Below are positions 1-10,658 of a DNA stretch of 64,000 nt, one piece after another. Both the position numbers and the translations under genes were made by a program. Source of the DNA: Eubacteriales bacterium (GTDB lineage Bacteria; Bacillota; Clostridia; Oscillospirales; CAG-272); contig JAZOVF010000031.1 of NCBI GenBank assembly GCA_045658565.1, forward strand, positions 128,222-192,221. Reading direction: 5' to 3'. The first letter of the stretch is position 1. Each line of letters opens with the position of its first letter. The notes under the pieces are model-generated. The model made no database searches. It worked only from the letters and a program-made list of their open reading frames with translations, and had not been told where the DNA came from.

Positions 1-1
1 A

Positions 2-1315
2 GATGTTAAGGCAGGGGATATGCTTTTAAGCGGATTTGTAGTAGCTGACGGCTTGATATATGCAGAGTCAATCCGTAAATCTGCCGAGTCTGCGGCTGCC
101 AGAGTCTTAGAGCTTGCCATGGTCGCCAGCGACAACAAATCAAGAGAAGAAAGCTTTATTACAAGGTTTTCAAGATACTATACTCCGATAGTTGTGGCTC
201 TTGCGTTGGTTGTCGCAGTGTTGCCGCCTCTTTTTGGTTTGTCAGCGCTGAGTAAATCTATTTATACAGCCCTTACTTTTCTTGTTATATCCTGTCCCTG
301 TGCTCTTGTAATCTCGGTTCCTTTGTCTTTCTTTGGCGGTATAGGCGGGGCGGCATCAAGAGGAATACTCTTTAAGGGCGGTAATGTTTTTTCCAAGGTG
401 GCAAAGGCTGAAACGGTGGCTTTTGATAAAACAGGTACAATAACTTCGGGCAGATTTGAAACCCGGGAGGTTGTTCCTGTCGGTATCAGCTCTGAAGAGC
501 TTCTGTTTATTGCTGCATCGGTCGAGTATGTATCAAATCACCCAATAGCCGAGTGTATAAAAAAAGGAAGTGAGAATATAATCACTCCAAAAGAAGCAAG
601 GGAGCTTGCAGGACTTGGTGTTATTGCAGAGGTGGATGGTCAAAAATGCGCCGTAGGCAACCTTGAGCTTATGAAAAGTGAGGGGGCTTTTGTTCCCGAC
701 GAATACGTAAAAGCTAACGGTGTTTATATTTCGAGAAACCAAGAATTTATCGGTATAATTACAATTTCAGATAGCGTAAAGCCCGAGGCAGGCGAGGCGA
801 TAAAAAAGCTCAGCCGCCTTGGTGTAAAAAACACAGTTATACTCTCGGGCGACAGGGAAGAAAACGTATCCCGTATTGCCAAGGAGATTAACATAGGTGA
901 ATTTTATTCAGAGCTTTCTCCCGAGGAAAAATATTCTAATCTGGAGGCTCTTATTTCACGGTCTAAAAGTACTATGTATGTTGGTGATGGAATAAACGAT
1001 GCGCCCTCTCTTGCCAGAAGCGATGTTGGTATTGCTATGGGAAATATGGGTCAGGACAGTGCCATCGAGGCAGCCGACGTTGTAATCATGACAGATAATC
1101 TTCTTAAAATCCCCGAGGCTATGCTTATAGCTCGAAAGACGGTTAGAATTGCAAGGCAAAATATTGTTTTTGCCATAGGGGTAAAGGCACTTATACTTCT
1201 TATTGGACTCTTCGGCTTTGCTAATATGTGGCTTGCGGTCTTTGCCGATGTTGGTGTTGCGGTGCTTGCCGTGCTTAATGCAATGCGCGCTCTTAAATTC
1301 AGCGAGAAATCATAA
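2..1315 (+). CDS. heavy-metal translocating P-type ATPase (P1B), C-terminal part; 5' end outside window
   Basis: Frame is open from the window edge. Motifs SCPCAL (CPC), DKTGTIT, SNHPIA and GDGINDAP are present. Confidence 0.88.
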   Translation, partial: DVKAGDMLLSGFVVADGLIYAESIRKSAESAAARVLELAMVASDNKSREESFITRFSRYYTPIVVALALVVAVLPPLFGLSALSKSIYTALTFLVISCPCALVISVPLSFFGGIGGAASRGILFKGGNVFSKVAKAETVAFDKTGTITSGRFETREVVPVGISSEELLFIAASVEYVSNHPIAECIKKGSENIITPKEARELAGLGVIAEVDGQKCAVGNLELMKSEGAFVPDEYVKANGVYISRNQEFIGIITISDSVKPEAGEAIKKLSRLGVKNTVILSGDREENVSRIAKEINIGEFYSELSPEEKYSNLEALISRSKSTMYVGDGINDAPSLARSDVGIAMGNMGQDSAIEAADVVIMTDNLLKIPEAMLIARKTVRIARQNIVFAIGVKALILLIGLFGFANMWLAVFADVGVAVLAVLNAMRALKFSEKS

Positions 1316-1358
1316 CAAAAAAAACGGTTGAATTCCTTTCGGAGTCAACCGTTTTCTA
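1316..1358. terminator. bidirectional intrinsic terminator between convergent ATPase and smpB
   Basis: A-run, stem ACGGTTGA/TCAACCGT (1324-1331 / 1345-1352), then a T-run. Confidence 0.7.
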
Positions 1359-1360
1359 TA

Positions 1361-1822
1361 TCAAAACCTGTTTTTCATTGCCTTTTCAATTGTTCTGTCG
1401 GCATCGCGCTTTGCGGCATCGTCACGCTTATCGTAAAGCTTTTTACCCTTGCACAGGCCTACCGCCATTTTTACATTTGAGCCTTTGAAATAAAGGGAGA
1501 GGGGAACGAGGGTGTAGCCCTCACGGGATACGAGTCCCGCAAGCTTCATTATTTCTCGCTTGTGCATAAGGAGCTTTTTTGGTCTTAGCGGCTCGCGGTT
1601 AAATATGTTGCCATGCTCGTAAGGGGAGATATGAACCCCCAGAGCAAATAGCTCTCCGCTGTCAACCTCGCAGTAGGAGTCCTTAAGGTTTACTCCTCCG
1701 GCTCTTAGAGATTTTACCTCTGTGCCGAAAAGCTCAATTCCTGCCTCGTAGGTCTCTATTACAAAATAGTCGTGCCTGGCTTTTCTATTATCTGCTATAA
1801 TTTTTCCGTCTGTTTTTGGCAT
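1361..1822 (-). CDS. smpB: SsrA-binding protein SmpB
   Basis: KIIADNRKARHDYF N-terminus, with SmpB-like length and sequence. ATG at 1822 is preferred over the upstream GTG at 1834. Confidence 0.9.
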   Translation of the reverse strand: MPKTDGKIIADNRKARHDYFVIETYEAGIELFGTEVKSLRAGGVNLKDSYCEVDSGELFALGVHISPYEHGNIFNREPLRPKKLLMHKREIMKLAGLVSREGYTLVPLSLYFKGSNVKMAVGLCKGKKLYDKRDDAAKRDADRTIEKAMKNRF

Positions 1823-1877
1823 ACTTGTTCTCACTTTTAGATTTGTAATATTATTTTATCACAACTAAAGCGTGAAA

Positions 1878-2495
1878 TCAACCGTTTTTTGTAAAGATAG
1901 AGGACATTGCCTCAAGAATTTTGAACTTAACCTTATATCTTCCGCCTTTTATCAAAGAAATTTCCTCTTTTGTGTAGTTTATTACACCGTCATCGGCAGG
2001 GGCACGCTCGGTTGCAATTTCACGGCATAAAGGCGGGTACATAACACACCACCAGTTTTTGCCGTCACCTTTACCTATAATAACCCTCAGCGAGTTGTAA
2101 TATCCAGCGGGGAGAGCAAAGTCCTCGTAGTCCCTTGTGTCATACCATTCCTCGGTAAGTGTCACCTTTGCGGTGTAGTCTGTGCCAAGCTCCTTTAGCC
2201 AAAAGTTTACGTCCTCCTCTATTTCGGGTAAAAGTGTCTCGGCAGAGGAGAGCGCTTGATTAAAATCGCCTTCAAATTTTAGAATTTCACCGTATTTTAA
2301 GAGCAGCTTGTCTCTTATTTGGAGCTTCAGCATCTGGTCATCGTCACTATCCGAGTTTGCAAGGATATGTAGACGCAACGTGTCGGTATATATCTCTGCC
2401 TCAGCCTCGGTTGGCAGTGCCGCAAGGAGAAGGGTGGAAATAAGAATTACGAATACTGTGAATAAAAGATTTTTGTTATTGTTTTTAGTTTTCAT
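1878..2495 (-). CDS. spoIIR: stage II sporulation protein R
   Basis: Hydrophobic N-terminus followed by LRLHILANSDSDDDQ..LKLQIRD, which is typical of SpoIIR. Product is 205 aa. Confidence 0.8.
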   Translation of the reverse strand: MKTKNNNKNLLFTVFVILISTLLLAALPTEAEAEIYTDTLRLHILANSDSDDDQMLKLQIRDKLLLKYGEILKFEGDFNQALSSAETLLPEIEEDVNFWLKELGTDYTAKVTLTEEWYDTRDYEDFALPAGYYNSLRVIIGKGDGKNWWCVMYPPLCREIATERAPADDGVINYTKEEISLIKGGRYKVKFKILEAMSSIFTKNG

Positions 2496-2554
2496 TTTTC
2501 TGTCCTTTCTTTTTTACAGAATGAATTATGGACATAAAATTGAAATATAAATCG

Positions 2555-2597
2555 GCAAAAGAAAAAATGAGTCAAGTTTTTTGCTTGACTCATTTTC
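2555..2597 (-). terminator. intrinsic terminator ending the arg operon
   Basis: 10-bp stem ATGAGTCAAG/CTTGACTCAT (2567-2576 / 2584-2593), followed by a T-run on the minus strand. Confidence 0.75.
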
Positions 2598-2600
2598 AAG

Positions 2601-3596
2601 TTATAGTGTAGCTGCCATAACAGCCTTGATTGTGTGCATTCTGTTTTCGGCCTCTTCAAATACGATAGATGCCTCAGACTCGAACACCTCGTCGGAGACC
2701 TCCATACAGTCAATGCCGAACTTTTCACCCATCTCTTTGCCGACAACGGTTTTAAGGTCGTGGAATGAGGGCAGGCAGTGCATAAATACAGCGCCCTCGG
2801 CAGCCATATTCATTATGTCCTTAGTAACTCTGTAAGGAGAAAGCTCGCGGATACGCTCTTCCCAAACCTCTGCAGGCTCACCCATAGATACCCAAACATC
2901 TGTGTAGATAACGTTAGCACCCTTGAGTGCAATTTCGGGATTTTCTTCAAGAGTTATGGTAGCACCGGTTGTCTTTGCAATTTCTCTGCATTCTGCAACC
3001 AGCTTCTCGTCAGGGAAATACTTCTTCGGAGCACAGGCAACAAAGTCAAGACCCATCTTAGCCGCACCGACCATAAGCGAATTACCCATATTGTATCTCG
3101 CATCACCCATATAAACAAACTTAATACCCTGAAGTTTGCCGAAGTGTTCCTTTATGGTAAGGAAATCTGCAAGAATCTGTGTGGGGTGGAACTCGTTGGT
3201 AAGGCCGTTCCATACAGGAACCTTAGAGTATTTTGCAAGGTCCTCAACAATTTCCTGACCAAAGCCGCGGTACTCAATTCCGTCATAGATTGAAGCAAGA
3301 ACACGCGCGGTGTCGGCAATGCTCTCCTTTTTACCAATCTGCGAGCCTGTGGGGTCAAGGTAGGTGGTGTGCATACCAAGGTCAAATGCCGCAACCTCAA
3401 AGCTGCAACGGGTTCTTGTGCTTGTTTTTTCAAATATCAATGCAATGTTTTTGCCCTCGCAGAGTCTGTGAGGAATACCTGCCTTTTTCTTTGCCTTAAG
3501 CTCTGAGGCAAGCTCGATAAGGCTGTTTATCTCTTCGGGAGTGAAGTCTAGAAGCTTAAGAAAATCACGTCCCTTAAGGAAATTTACGTTATTCAT
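2601..3596 (-). CDS. argF: ornithine [20 protein letters not shown]
   Basis: [13 protein letters not shown] and HCLP motifs. Product is 331 aa. Confidence 0.93.
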   Translation of the reverse strand: MNNVNFLKGRDFLKLLDFTPEEINSLIELASELKAKKKAGIPHRLCEGKNIALIFEKTSTRTRCSFEVAAFDLGMHTTYLDPTGSQIGKKESIADTARVLASIYDGIEYRGFGQEIVEDLAKYSKVPVWNGLTNEFHPTQILADFLTIKEHFGKLQGIKFVYMGDARYNMGNSLMVGAAKMGLDFVACAPKKYFPDEKLVAECREIAKTTGATITLEENPEIALKGANVIYTDVWVSMGEPAEVWEERIRELSPYRVTKDIMNMAAEGAVFMHCLPSFHDLKTVVGKEMGEKFGIDCMEVSDEVFESEASIVFEEAENRMHTIKAVMAATL

Positions 3597-3615
3597 TTGT
3601 CTTTCCTTTCAAAAA

Positions 3616-4782
3616 TTATTTAGCCGCGACTGTTTTTATTATTTCAATCGCCATTTTAAGGTCGCCCATAGGAATATTAAGGGCAGGGAGCAGACGAATT
3701 TTGTTTTTCGCTTTAATAGGAAGAATACCCTTGGCCATACATTCGGCAAGAACCTCGTTTGCGTCACGCTCGGTTTCAATTCCTATCATAAGTCCCATTC
3801 CTGAGACACTCTTAATGCCCTTGGCACCCACAAGCTCCGAGAAAATATATTCCGAGCGTTCTTTTACACCCGAAAGAAGTTTATCATCAATTCTTGAAAT
3901 AATGCTGACAGCACCTGCTGCCGCAATGGGATTTCCGCCAAAGGTTGAGCCGTGAGAGCCTGCGCCAAGAGTATTTTCAACCCTCTCAAACATAAGGCAA
4001 GCTCCGATAGGCAATCCGCCGCCAAGTCCCTTTGCCGTTGTAACAACATCGGGCTTAACATCAAACTGCTCGTATGCGTATAGAGTGCCGCATCTGCCGT
4101 TTCCTGTTTGTACCTCGTCGAACATTAAAAGAAGATTGTATTCCTCGGCAATTTTTTTAACCTCGGTAACAAATTCCTTAGAGAGTGGCATAACACCGCC
4201 CTCGCCCTGAACAGGCTCCATAAGGATAGCACAGCAATTATTGTTTTTAACAAGCTCAAGGACAGACTCTGACGAATTTGGCTCAGCATAAAGAAATCCC
4301 TCGGGGAAGGGACCGAAGTCCTTGTGGAATACGTCCTGACCCGTTGCCTTAAGAGTTGTTACAGTTCTTCCGTGGAAGCTGTTTTTAAGAGTTATAATGT
4401 TGTATTCGCCATCTCCCTTAGTGTCCTTTGCCCATTTGCGGGCAATTTTTATTGCGCACTCGTTTGCCTCAGCGCCCGAGTTACCGAAGAACACTTTTTT
4501 TGCACCTGTCTTTTCGCAAAGAAGCTCTGCAAGACGGGTACAGGGGGCAGAGTAGTAAAGATTTGATGTATGCTGGAATTTATTAAGCTGGTCTGTAACG
4601 GCAGATTTCCATTCTTCATCACCAATGCCGAATGTGTTTACCGCAATGCCTGTTGAAAGGTCTATGTATTCGTTACCCTTGTCATCAAAGACTCTTGAAC
4701 CCTTGCCCGAAACAATTTCAAGGTCAAAACGGGCATAGGTATTCGCAACATACTGTTTATCAAGTGATTTTATGTCAGACAT
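3616..4782 (-). CDS. argD: acetylornithine aminotransferase
   Basis: Class III aminotransferase motifs (GNSGAEANE, DEVQTG, TTAKGLGGG). ATG at 4782 (MSDIKSL) lies 1 nt after the argB stop, so the longer track ORF would overlap argB. Confidence 0.9.
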   Translation of the reverse strand: MSDIKSLDKQYVANTYARFDLEIVSGKGSRVFDDKGNEYIDLSTGIAVNTFGIGDEEWKSAVTDQLNKFQHTSNLYYSAPCTRLAELLCEKTGAKKVFFGNSGAEANECAIKIARKWAKDTKGDGEYNIITLKNSFHGRTVTTLKATGQDVFHKDFGPFPEGFLYAEPNSSESVLELVKNNNCCAILMEPVQGEGGVMPLSKEFVTEVKKIAEEYNLLLMFDEVQTGNGRCGTLYAYEQFDVKPDVVTTAKGLGGGLPIGACLMFERVENTLGAGSHGSTFGGNPIAAAGAVSIISRIDDKLLSGVKERSEYIFSELVGAKGIKSVSGMGLMIGIETERDANEVLAECMAKGILPIKAKNKIRLLPALNIPMGDLKMAIEIIKTVAAK

Positions 4783-4783
4783 T

Positions 4784-5653
4784 TTAATTTTTATCCTTTG
4801 TGACCATTGTACCCGCACCCTCATCGGTAAGAAGCTCCATAAGAATAGAGTGGGGAATTCTTCCGTCAAGTATTGTAACATTCTCAACGCCCTCTTCAAG
4901 AGCCTTTATGCAGCAATCAACCTTTGGAATCATACCGCCTGAGATAACACCGTTCTCATAAAGCTTTTTTGCCTCGGAATCAGATATCTCGGGGATAAGA
5001 GATGCGGGGTCGTCCTTGTCTCTGAGAATTCCTGCAATATCGGTCATCATAAGAAGTCTCTCAGCACCGAGTGCTCCTGCGATATATGCCGCAGCAGTGT
5101 CACCGTTGATGTTGTAAACATTTCCGTGACGGTCGGTTGCAACAGTTGAGATTACGGGAATGTAGTTCTTTTCAAGAAGGTCGGTTATTGGCTGAGGACG
5201 GATTTTTGTTATCTTTCCGACATATCCGAGACGCTCGTCTTTTGTAACCGCTTCAATAAGACCACCGTCAATACCCGAAAGACCAACGGCATGACCGCCC
5301 TTCATTGTGAGAAGGGTTACGAGAGATTTGTTGACCTTACCTGCAAGAACCATCTGAACAATGTCAACGGTCTCTTTATCGGTAACTCTGAGTCCCTCCA
5401 CAAACTCGGGCTTTTTGCCCAGCTTGTCCATCATTTCGTTAATCTCGGGGCCTCCGCCGTGAACGAGAACCACCTTAACTCCGATAAGCCAGAGCAGGGC
5501 AATGTCCTCCATAACCTGCTCCTTAAGCTGCTCGTTTATCATAGCGTTGCCGCCGTACTTTATTACTACGACCTCACCGTTGAATTTTTTTATGTACGGA
5601 AGTGCCTGAGTAAGCACCTCGGCACGTTGCGCGTTAGAAAAATGTGTAGACAT
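4784..5653 (-). CDS. argB: acetylglutamate kinase
   Basis: VIKYGGNAM and VLVHGGGPEI motifs. Product is 289 aa. Confidence 0.93.
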   Translation of the reverse strand: MSTHFSNAQRAEVLTQALPYIKKFNGEVVVIKYGGNAMINEQLKEQVMEDIALLWLIGVKVVLVHGGGPEINEMMDKLGKKPEFVEGLRVTDKETVDIVQMVLAGKVNKSLVTLLTMKGGHAVGLSGIDGGLIEAVTKDERLGYVGKITKIRPQPITDLLEKNYIPVISTVATDRHGNVYNINGDTAAAYIAGALGAERLLMMTDIAGILRDKDDPASLIPEISDSEAKKLYENGVISGGMIPKVDCCIKALEEGVENVTILDGRIPHSILMELLTDEGAGTMVTKDKN

Positions 5654-5667
5654 AATATTTCTCCGAT

Positions 5668-6882
5668 TTAAGTTCTGTAATCTCCGTTAATCTTGACGTA
5701 ATCGTAGGTAAGGTCGCAGCCCCATGCGGTAGCACATGCCTTGCCGTCGCCAAGCTTTACGAGAATGGTAATCTCAGGCTCAAGGAGTATCTCTTTTGCA
5801 AATTCCTCCGAGAACTCAACGCCCGCGCCATTCTGACACACGGGAATTTCACCCTTGTTTGATTTAAAGGAAACCGAAACCTTATTGACATCAACAGGTG
5901 CGCCGCTGTATCCGATAGCGCAGAGAACACGTCCCCAGTTTGCATCAGCACCAAACATTGCCGCCTTTACAAGAGAGGAGCAGATAACACTCTTTGCAAT
6001 GGTTTTAGCCGCTGCTTCGTCGGCAGAACCCTCAACCTCGCATTCAAGCATTTTAGTAGCTCCCTCGCCGTCTGCCGCAATTTTTTTACAGATATTTACA
6101 GTTACGGTGTTAAGAGCTTTCATAAATTCATCAAAATCTGTGCCCTTGGAGATGATTTCCTCGTTGCCGGCACAGCCGTTTGCAAGAACTGTTACCATAT
6201 CGTTTGTTGATGTGTCACCGTCGATAGAAACCATATTAAATGTGTTCTTTACATCGCCCTTAAGCGCAACATTTAACATCTCGGAGGAAATTGCACAGTC
6301 GGTTGTAATAAAGACGAGCATTGTAGCCATGTTAGGGTGAATCATACCCGAGCCCTTTGCAATACCGCCCATTTTACACTCGACACCACCGATATTGAAG
6401 GAAACCGCAACCTCTTTAAGCTTTGTGTCGGTTGTCATAATTCCCTCGGCCGCCTCGGCAGAGCCGTTTTCCGAAACAGAGTGAACAAGCTTAGGTATAG
6501 CGTTTTTTATAGGTTCGATATTAAGAGGCTGACCGATAACTCCTGTTGAAGCAACAATAACATCGTCAGCATCAATTTCAAGCGCATCAGCAAGGAGAGC
6601 ACAGGTTGTCTTTGCAACCTCGTATCCGTCTGCGTTGCAGGTGTTTGCGTTGCCGCTGTTGCAGATGATTGCACGAGCCTTGCCGTTTGCGATATTTTCT
6701 TTAGTAACGGTAAGGGGTGCGCCCTTTACCTTGTTTGTTGTATAAACTGCCGCCGCATTTGCCTCTGCCTGAGAAAAGATAAGCGACAAATCTCTCTTTG
6801 TTCTGTTCTTTTTTATGCCCGCAAGCACACCTCCGGCAAGAAATCCGGCAGGAGCACATACGCCGCCTTCAATAAATTTCAT
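5668..6882 (-). CDS. argJ: bifunctional ornithine [17 protein letters not shown] / N-acetylglutamate synthase
   Basis: PNMATMLVFITTD self-cleavage motif. Product is 404 aa. Confidence 0.93.
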   Translation of the reverse strand: MKFIEGGVCAPAGFLAGGVLAGIKKNRTKRDLSLIFSQAEANAAAVYTTNKVKGAPLTVTKENIANGKARAIICNSGNANTCNADGYEVAKTTCALLADALEIDADDVIVASTGVIGQPLNIEPIKNAIPKLVHSVSENGSAEAAEGIMTTDTKLKEVAVSFNIGGVECKMGGIAKGSGMIHPNMATMLVFITTDCAISSEMLNVALKGDVKNTFNMVSIDGDTSTNDMVTVLANGCAGNEEIISKGTDFDEFMKALNTVTVNICKKIAADGEGATKMLECEVEGSADEAAAKTIAKSVICSSLVKAAMFGADANWGRVLCAIGYSGAPVDVNKVSVSFKSNKGEIPVCQNGAGVEFSEEFAKEILLEPEITILVKLGDGKACATAWGCDLTYDYVKINGDYRT

Positions 6883-6901
6883 TTATATGTACTCTCCTAT
6901 G

Positions 6902-7834
6902 TTAAATTACAAGTGTTTTTGCTCTGTCACAGCCCAGCTTTATGTTAAGACATTCAACAGCCGCGCCTGATGCGCCCTTGCCGAGATTGTCATATCTTGC
7001 AACAAGAATTATTCTGTCATCGTTGCCGTAAACCTCGATTTGCATTGAGTCCTTGCCAGAAAGTGCGGCAGCGGAGAGGAATCCGCCCTCGTCTGCATCT
7101 TCCGCATAGCGGACTATATCTGTAGTGTAAAGGTTGCGGTAAATATTTTTAATCTCTTCGATGCCGCCCGATTTTAGCTGAGACTTAAAGAGGGGAACTG
7201 TAACCTCCATTCCCGAATAAAAATCTGCAACGATAGGGGAGAAGAGGGGGGCATTTTCAAGCCCTGTAATTTTTGCCATTTCGGGCAGGTGTTTATGAGA
7301 TTGCTTTATACCGTACTGTCTCGGAGCACCGAGAAGAGGCAAACGGTCAGCATCATTATAGTCTGCAATCATAGACTTTCCGCCGCCGCTGTATCCTGTA
7401 AGCGAATGAACGGCAAGAAGCGAATCCTCTGCTAAAATTCCCGCCTTAACAAGAGGATAAACCAAAGCGATAAAGCCGCTGGCATGGCAACCGGGAACTG
7501 CAATTCTGTTACTGCCCTGGATTTTCTCCAGAAATTCGGCAGAAAGCTCCGGGAAGCCATAGCTCCAATCGGGATTTGTTCTGTGAGCGGTTGATGCATC
7601 GATAACAACGGTATTGTCATTTTCTATCATTGATACCGCCTCGACAGCCGCAGCATCGGGCAGACAAAGGAATACAAAATCCGCTTCGTTAAGCATAGCC
7701 TTACGAGCCGCAGGGTCCTTACGCAGCTCGTCGGGAAGCGAAATTATTTCAACATCATCTCTTCCGCTTAGGCGTTCCTCGATACGTAGGCCTGTTGTGC
7801 CTGCCTTTCCGTCTATAAAAATCTTTTTCTTCAT
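6902..7834 (-). CDS. argC: N-acetyl-gamma-glutamyl-phosphate reductase (short, type-2 form)
   Basis: GKAGTTG NAD-binding N-terminus and active-site region VPGCHASG. Product is 310 aa. Confidence 0.9.
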   Translation of the reverse strand: MKKKIFIDGKAGTTGLRIEERLSGRDDVEIISLPDELRKDPAARKAMLNEADFVFLCLPDAAAVEAVSMIENDNTVVIDASTAHRTNPDWSYGFPELSAEFLEKIQGSNRIAVPGCHASGFIALVYPLVKAGILAEDSLLAVHSLTGYSGGGKSMIADYNDADRLPLLGAPRQYGIKQSHKHLPEMAKITGLENAPLFSPIVADFYSGMEVTVPLFKSQLKSGGIEEIKNIYRNLYTTDIVRYAEDADEGGFLSAAALSGKDSMQIEVYGNDDRIILVARYDNLGKGASGAAVECLNIKLGCDRAKTLVI

Positions 7835-9204
7835 TATAGCTGACTCTCCACATAAGCAATTTCCTCGGCAACGGAGTCGTATCCCGTACTGCCCTTGGAA
7901 ATCCTTTTTCTTATACAGGTCTCAAGAGATATTTCGTCATAAAGGTCATCTTCAAATATTTCCGAATACTGCTTGTATTCATCAAGGGGAACCTCGTCGA
8001 GGGTAATACCCTCCTTAACGCACTTTCCTACAACTGTACCAACAATCTTGTATGCGGTGCGGAATGGTACACCGCGCTTTGTCAGATAGTCGGCAAGGTC
8101 GGTTGCGTTTATGAAGCCCTTCTTTGATGCTGCATACATATTTTCGGGAATTGCCTTCATTGTCTCAATCATAGGAATAAAGATAGAAAGACACTTCTTG
8201 ACAGTTTCAACGCTGTCAAATATTGCTTCCTTGTCCTCTTGCATATCCTTGTTGTATGCAAGGGGCAGACCCTTAAGCATTGTGAGGGTTGCCATAAGGT
8301 CGCCGTAAACTCTGCCTGTTTTTCCTCTGACAAGCTCTGCCATGTCGGGATTCTTCTTTTGAGGCATTATTGAGGAGCCTGTTGTGTATGCGTCGTCAAG
8401 CTCAACAAACTTGAATTCCCAGCTTGACCAGAGGATTATCTCCTCAGAGAAGCGGGACAGGTGCATCATTACGGTGGCAAAGGCAGCCTCAAGCTCGATA
8501 CAGTAATCTCTGTCCGAAACACCGTCGATAGAGTTCATTGTAACTCCGTCAAAGCCGAGGGCCTCTGCAACCATATCTCTGTCGGTAGGGTAGGTGGTTC
8601 CCGCAAGAGCGCAGGAACCAAGAGGAGAGTAGTTCATACGGAGCACCGCATCAATAATTCTTGATACGTCTCTTAAGAACATCATACAGTATGCAAGCAG
8701 GTGGTGGGCGAAGGTTATGGGCTGCGCTCTCTGAAGATGAGTGTAGCCGGGCATTATAGTCTCGGTATTCTTTTTAGCCTGCTCCAGGATAACAGCTATA
8801 AGATTCTTTAAGAGAGTGATTACCTCAAAGGACTCGTCACGCATATAGAGGCGTAGGTCAAGAGCAACCTGGTCGTTTCTTGAACGTGCGGTGTGGAGCT
8901 TTTTGCCCGCATCGCCTATTCTCTTTGTAAGCTCTGCCTCAATGAACATATGAATGTCCTCAGCGTTCATATCAAAGGGTAGCTCGCCCATTTCTATATC
9001 GTTGAGAATTCCTGTAAGACCTGCAAATATCTTGCCAAAGTCCTCCTCGGTAAGAATTCCAACCTTGCAGAGCATAGTTGCGTGCTCGATAGAGCCTCTT
9101 ATGTCCTGCTTATACATTTTACTGTCAAAATGAATGGAAGAATTGAAGTCATCAGCCATTTTGTCCGATGCCTTTTCAAATCTGCCTGCCCACATTTTTT
9201 CCAT
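7834..9204 (-). CDS. argH: argininosuccinate lyase
   Basis: SRNDQV and GSSIMPQKKNPD signatures. Product is 456 aa. Confidence 0.93.
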   Translation of the reverse strand: MEKMWAGRFEKASDKMADDFNSSIHFDSKMYKQDIRGSIEHATMLCKVGILTEEDFGKIFAGLTGILNDIEMGELPFDMNAEDIHMFIEAELTKRIGDAGKKLHTARSRNDQVALDLRLYMRDESFEVITLLKNLIAVILEQAKKNTETIMPGYTHLQRAQPITFAHHLLAYCMMFLRDVSRIIDAVLRMNYSPLGSCALAGTTYPTDRDMVAEALGFDGVTMNSIDGVSDRDYCIELEAAFATVMMHLSRFSEEIILWSSWEFKFVELDDAYTTGSSIMPQKKNPDMAELVRGKTGRVYGDLMATLTMLKGLPLAYNKDMQEDKEAIFDSVETVKKCLSIFIPMIETMKAIPENMYAASKKGFINATDLADYLTKRGVPFRTAYKIVGTVVGKCVKEGITLDEVPLDEYKQYSEIFEDDLYDEISLETCIRKRISKGSTGYDSVAEEIAYVESQL

Positions 9205-9231
9205 ACTGATTTCCTTTAGAATTGTTGTTAA

Positions 9232-10461
9232 TTACTTGTTTTTGTTCTTTTTGTTAACCTGAGCCTGTACCTTGATAGGAAGACCGTAAAGGTTGATGAA
9301 TCCTGCGCTGTCTGCCTGGTTGTATACCTCGTCCTCACCAAAGGTTGCAATCTCCTCAGAGTAGAGCGACCAATCGGACCAAGCACCAGCCTTAATGATG
9401 TTACCCTTATAGAGCTTAAGTCTTACCTTACCGGTAACATGCTCCTGAGTCTTGTCAACAAATGCGGAAAGAGCCTCTCTGAGAGGTGTGAACCACTGTC
9501 CGTTATATACAAGCTCGGCAAAGGTGATAGCCAGCTTCTGCTTTTCGTGCATTGTCATCTTGTCAAGGCAGAGAGTTTCAAGATACTCGTGAGCGCGGTA
9601 GAGAATAGTTCCGCCGGGAGTCTCGTATACGCCGCGGCACTTCATACCTACAAGACGGTTCTCAACTATATCAAGAAGGCCTATGCCGTTAGCGCCGCCA
9701 ATCTTATTAAGCTCAAGGATTATTTCCTTAGCGGTCATCTTCTTGTCATCAAGAGCTACGGGAACACCCTGTTCAAAATCAATAGTAATGTAGGTGGGGG
9801 TGTCGGGAGCCTGTGTGGGAGCAATACCCATTTCAAGGAAGCCTGCCTTTTCGTAAAGAGGCTCGTTTCCGGTATCCTCAAGGTCGAGACCCTCGTGAGA
9901 GAGATGCCAAAGGTTTTTATCCTTAGAATAGTTGGTCTCGCGGTTTATCTTAAGAGGAACATTGTGAGCCTCAGCGTACTCGATTTCCTCCTCACGGGAC
10001 TTGATATCCCACTCACGCCAGGGAGCTATAATAGGCATATCGGGGCAGAAGTGCTTAAGAGTAAGCTCGAAACGAACCTGGTCGTTACCCTTACCGGTAC
10101 AGCCGTGACAGATAGCGTCAGCACCCTCCTTGATAGCTATTTCAGCAAGACCCTTTGCAATGCAGGGGCGGGCATGAGATGTACCGAGGAGATAATCCTC
10201 ATAGATTGCGCCGGCCTTAAGGCAGGGCATTATGTAATCGTTAACATACTCCTCTGTAAGGTCGAGAACGTAAAGCTTGGAAGCTCCGGTTTTGATAGCC
10301 TTTTCCTCAAGGCCCTCAAGCTCGTCTGCCTGTCCAACATTACCCGAAACAGCGATAACCTCACAGTTGTTGTAGTTTTCCTTAAGCCATGGAATAATAA
10401 TAGAGGTGTCAAGACCACCCGAATAAGCGAGAACTACCTTTTTGATTGACTTCTTGTCCAT
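9232..10461 (-). CDS. argG: argininosuccinate synthase
   Basis: AYSGGLDTS and [13 protein letters not shown] motifs. Product is 409 aa. Confidence 0.95.
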   Translation of the reverse strand: MDKKSIKKVVLAYSGGLDTSIIIPWLKENYNNCEVIAVSGNVGQADELEGLEEKAIKTGASKLYVLDLTEEYVNDYIMPCLKAGAIYEDYLLGTSHARPCIAKGLAEIAIKEGADAICHGCTGKGNDQVRFELTLKHFCPDMPIIAPWREWDIKSREEEIEYAEAHNVPLKINRETNYSKDKNLWHLSHEGLDLEDTGNEPLYEKAGFLEMGIAPTQAPDTPTYITIDFEQGVPVALDDKKMTAKEIILELNKIGGANGIGLLDIVENRLVGMKCRGVYETPGGTILYRAHEYLETLCLDKMTMHEKQKLAITFAELVYNGQWFTPLREALSAFVDKTQEHVTGKVRLKLYKGNIIKAGAWSDWSLYSEEIATFGEDEVYNQADSAGFINLYGLPIKVQAQVNKKNKNK

Positions 10462-10490
10462 TTTTATATACCTTCCTTTATGTCCTTTGC

Positions 10491-10529
10491 ATATGAATTT
10501 TTATTACGGTTATGCAAAGGGAATTCATT
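10491..10529 (-). promoter_or_regulatory. ARG-box-like operator pair in the argG 5' UTR (putative ArgR/AhrC site)
   Basis: Minus strand reads AATGAATTCCCTTTGCATAA and TAATAAAAATTCATATGCA. These resemble TGAAT-AAAA-ATTCA half-palindromes. Confidence 0.35.
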
Positions 10530-10541
10530 AGCACGCCATAT

Positions 10542-10570
10542 ATTGTAATATATTAAAACAACAATGTCAA
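10542..10570 (-). promoter_or_regulatory. sigma-A type promoter of the arg operon
   Basis: Minus strand reads TTGACA (10565-10570), a 17-nt spacer, then TACAAT (10542-10547). Confidence 0.55.
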
Positions 10571-10658
10571 GTGTTTTTTGAATATTTTTTCAAAAGAGTG
10601 CAAAAATTACTGGCTTAACCAAAATTTTCTTATATATAATCTAAAATAATTAACCCAA

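Noticed and set aside
9439-10449. 336-aa ORF antisense to argG. Similar long antisense ORFs lie at 38453-39280 (opposite gpmI), 42807-43634 (opposite the [15 protein letters not shown]), 24793-25467 and 26119-26697 (opposite the LRR gene) and 57661-58305 (opposite lepA).
   Set aside because: The opposite strand encodes unmistakable conserved enzymes. The antisense translations are low-complexity, lack a ribosome-binding site and have no recognisable motifs. They are typical shadow ORFs.
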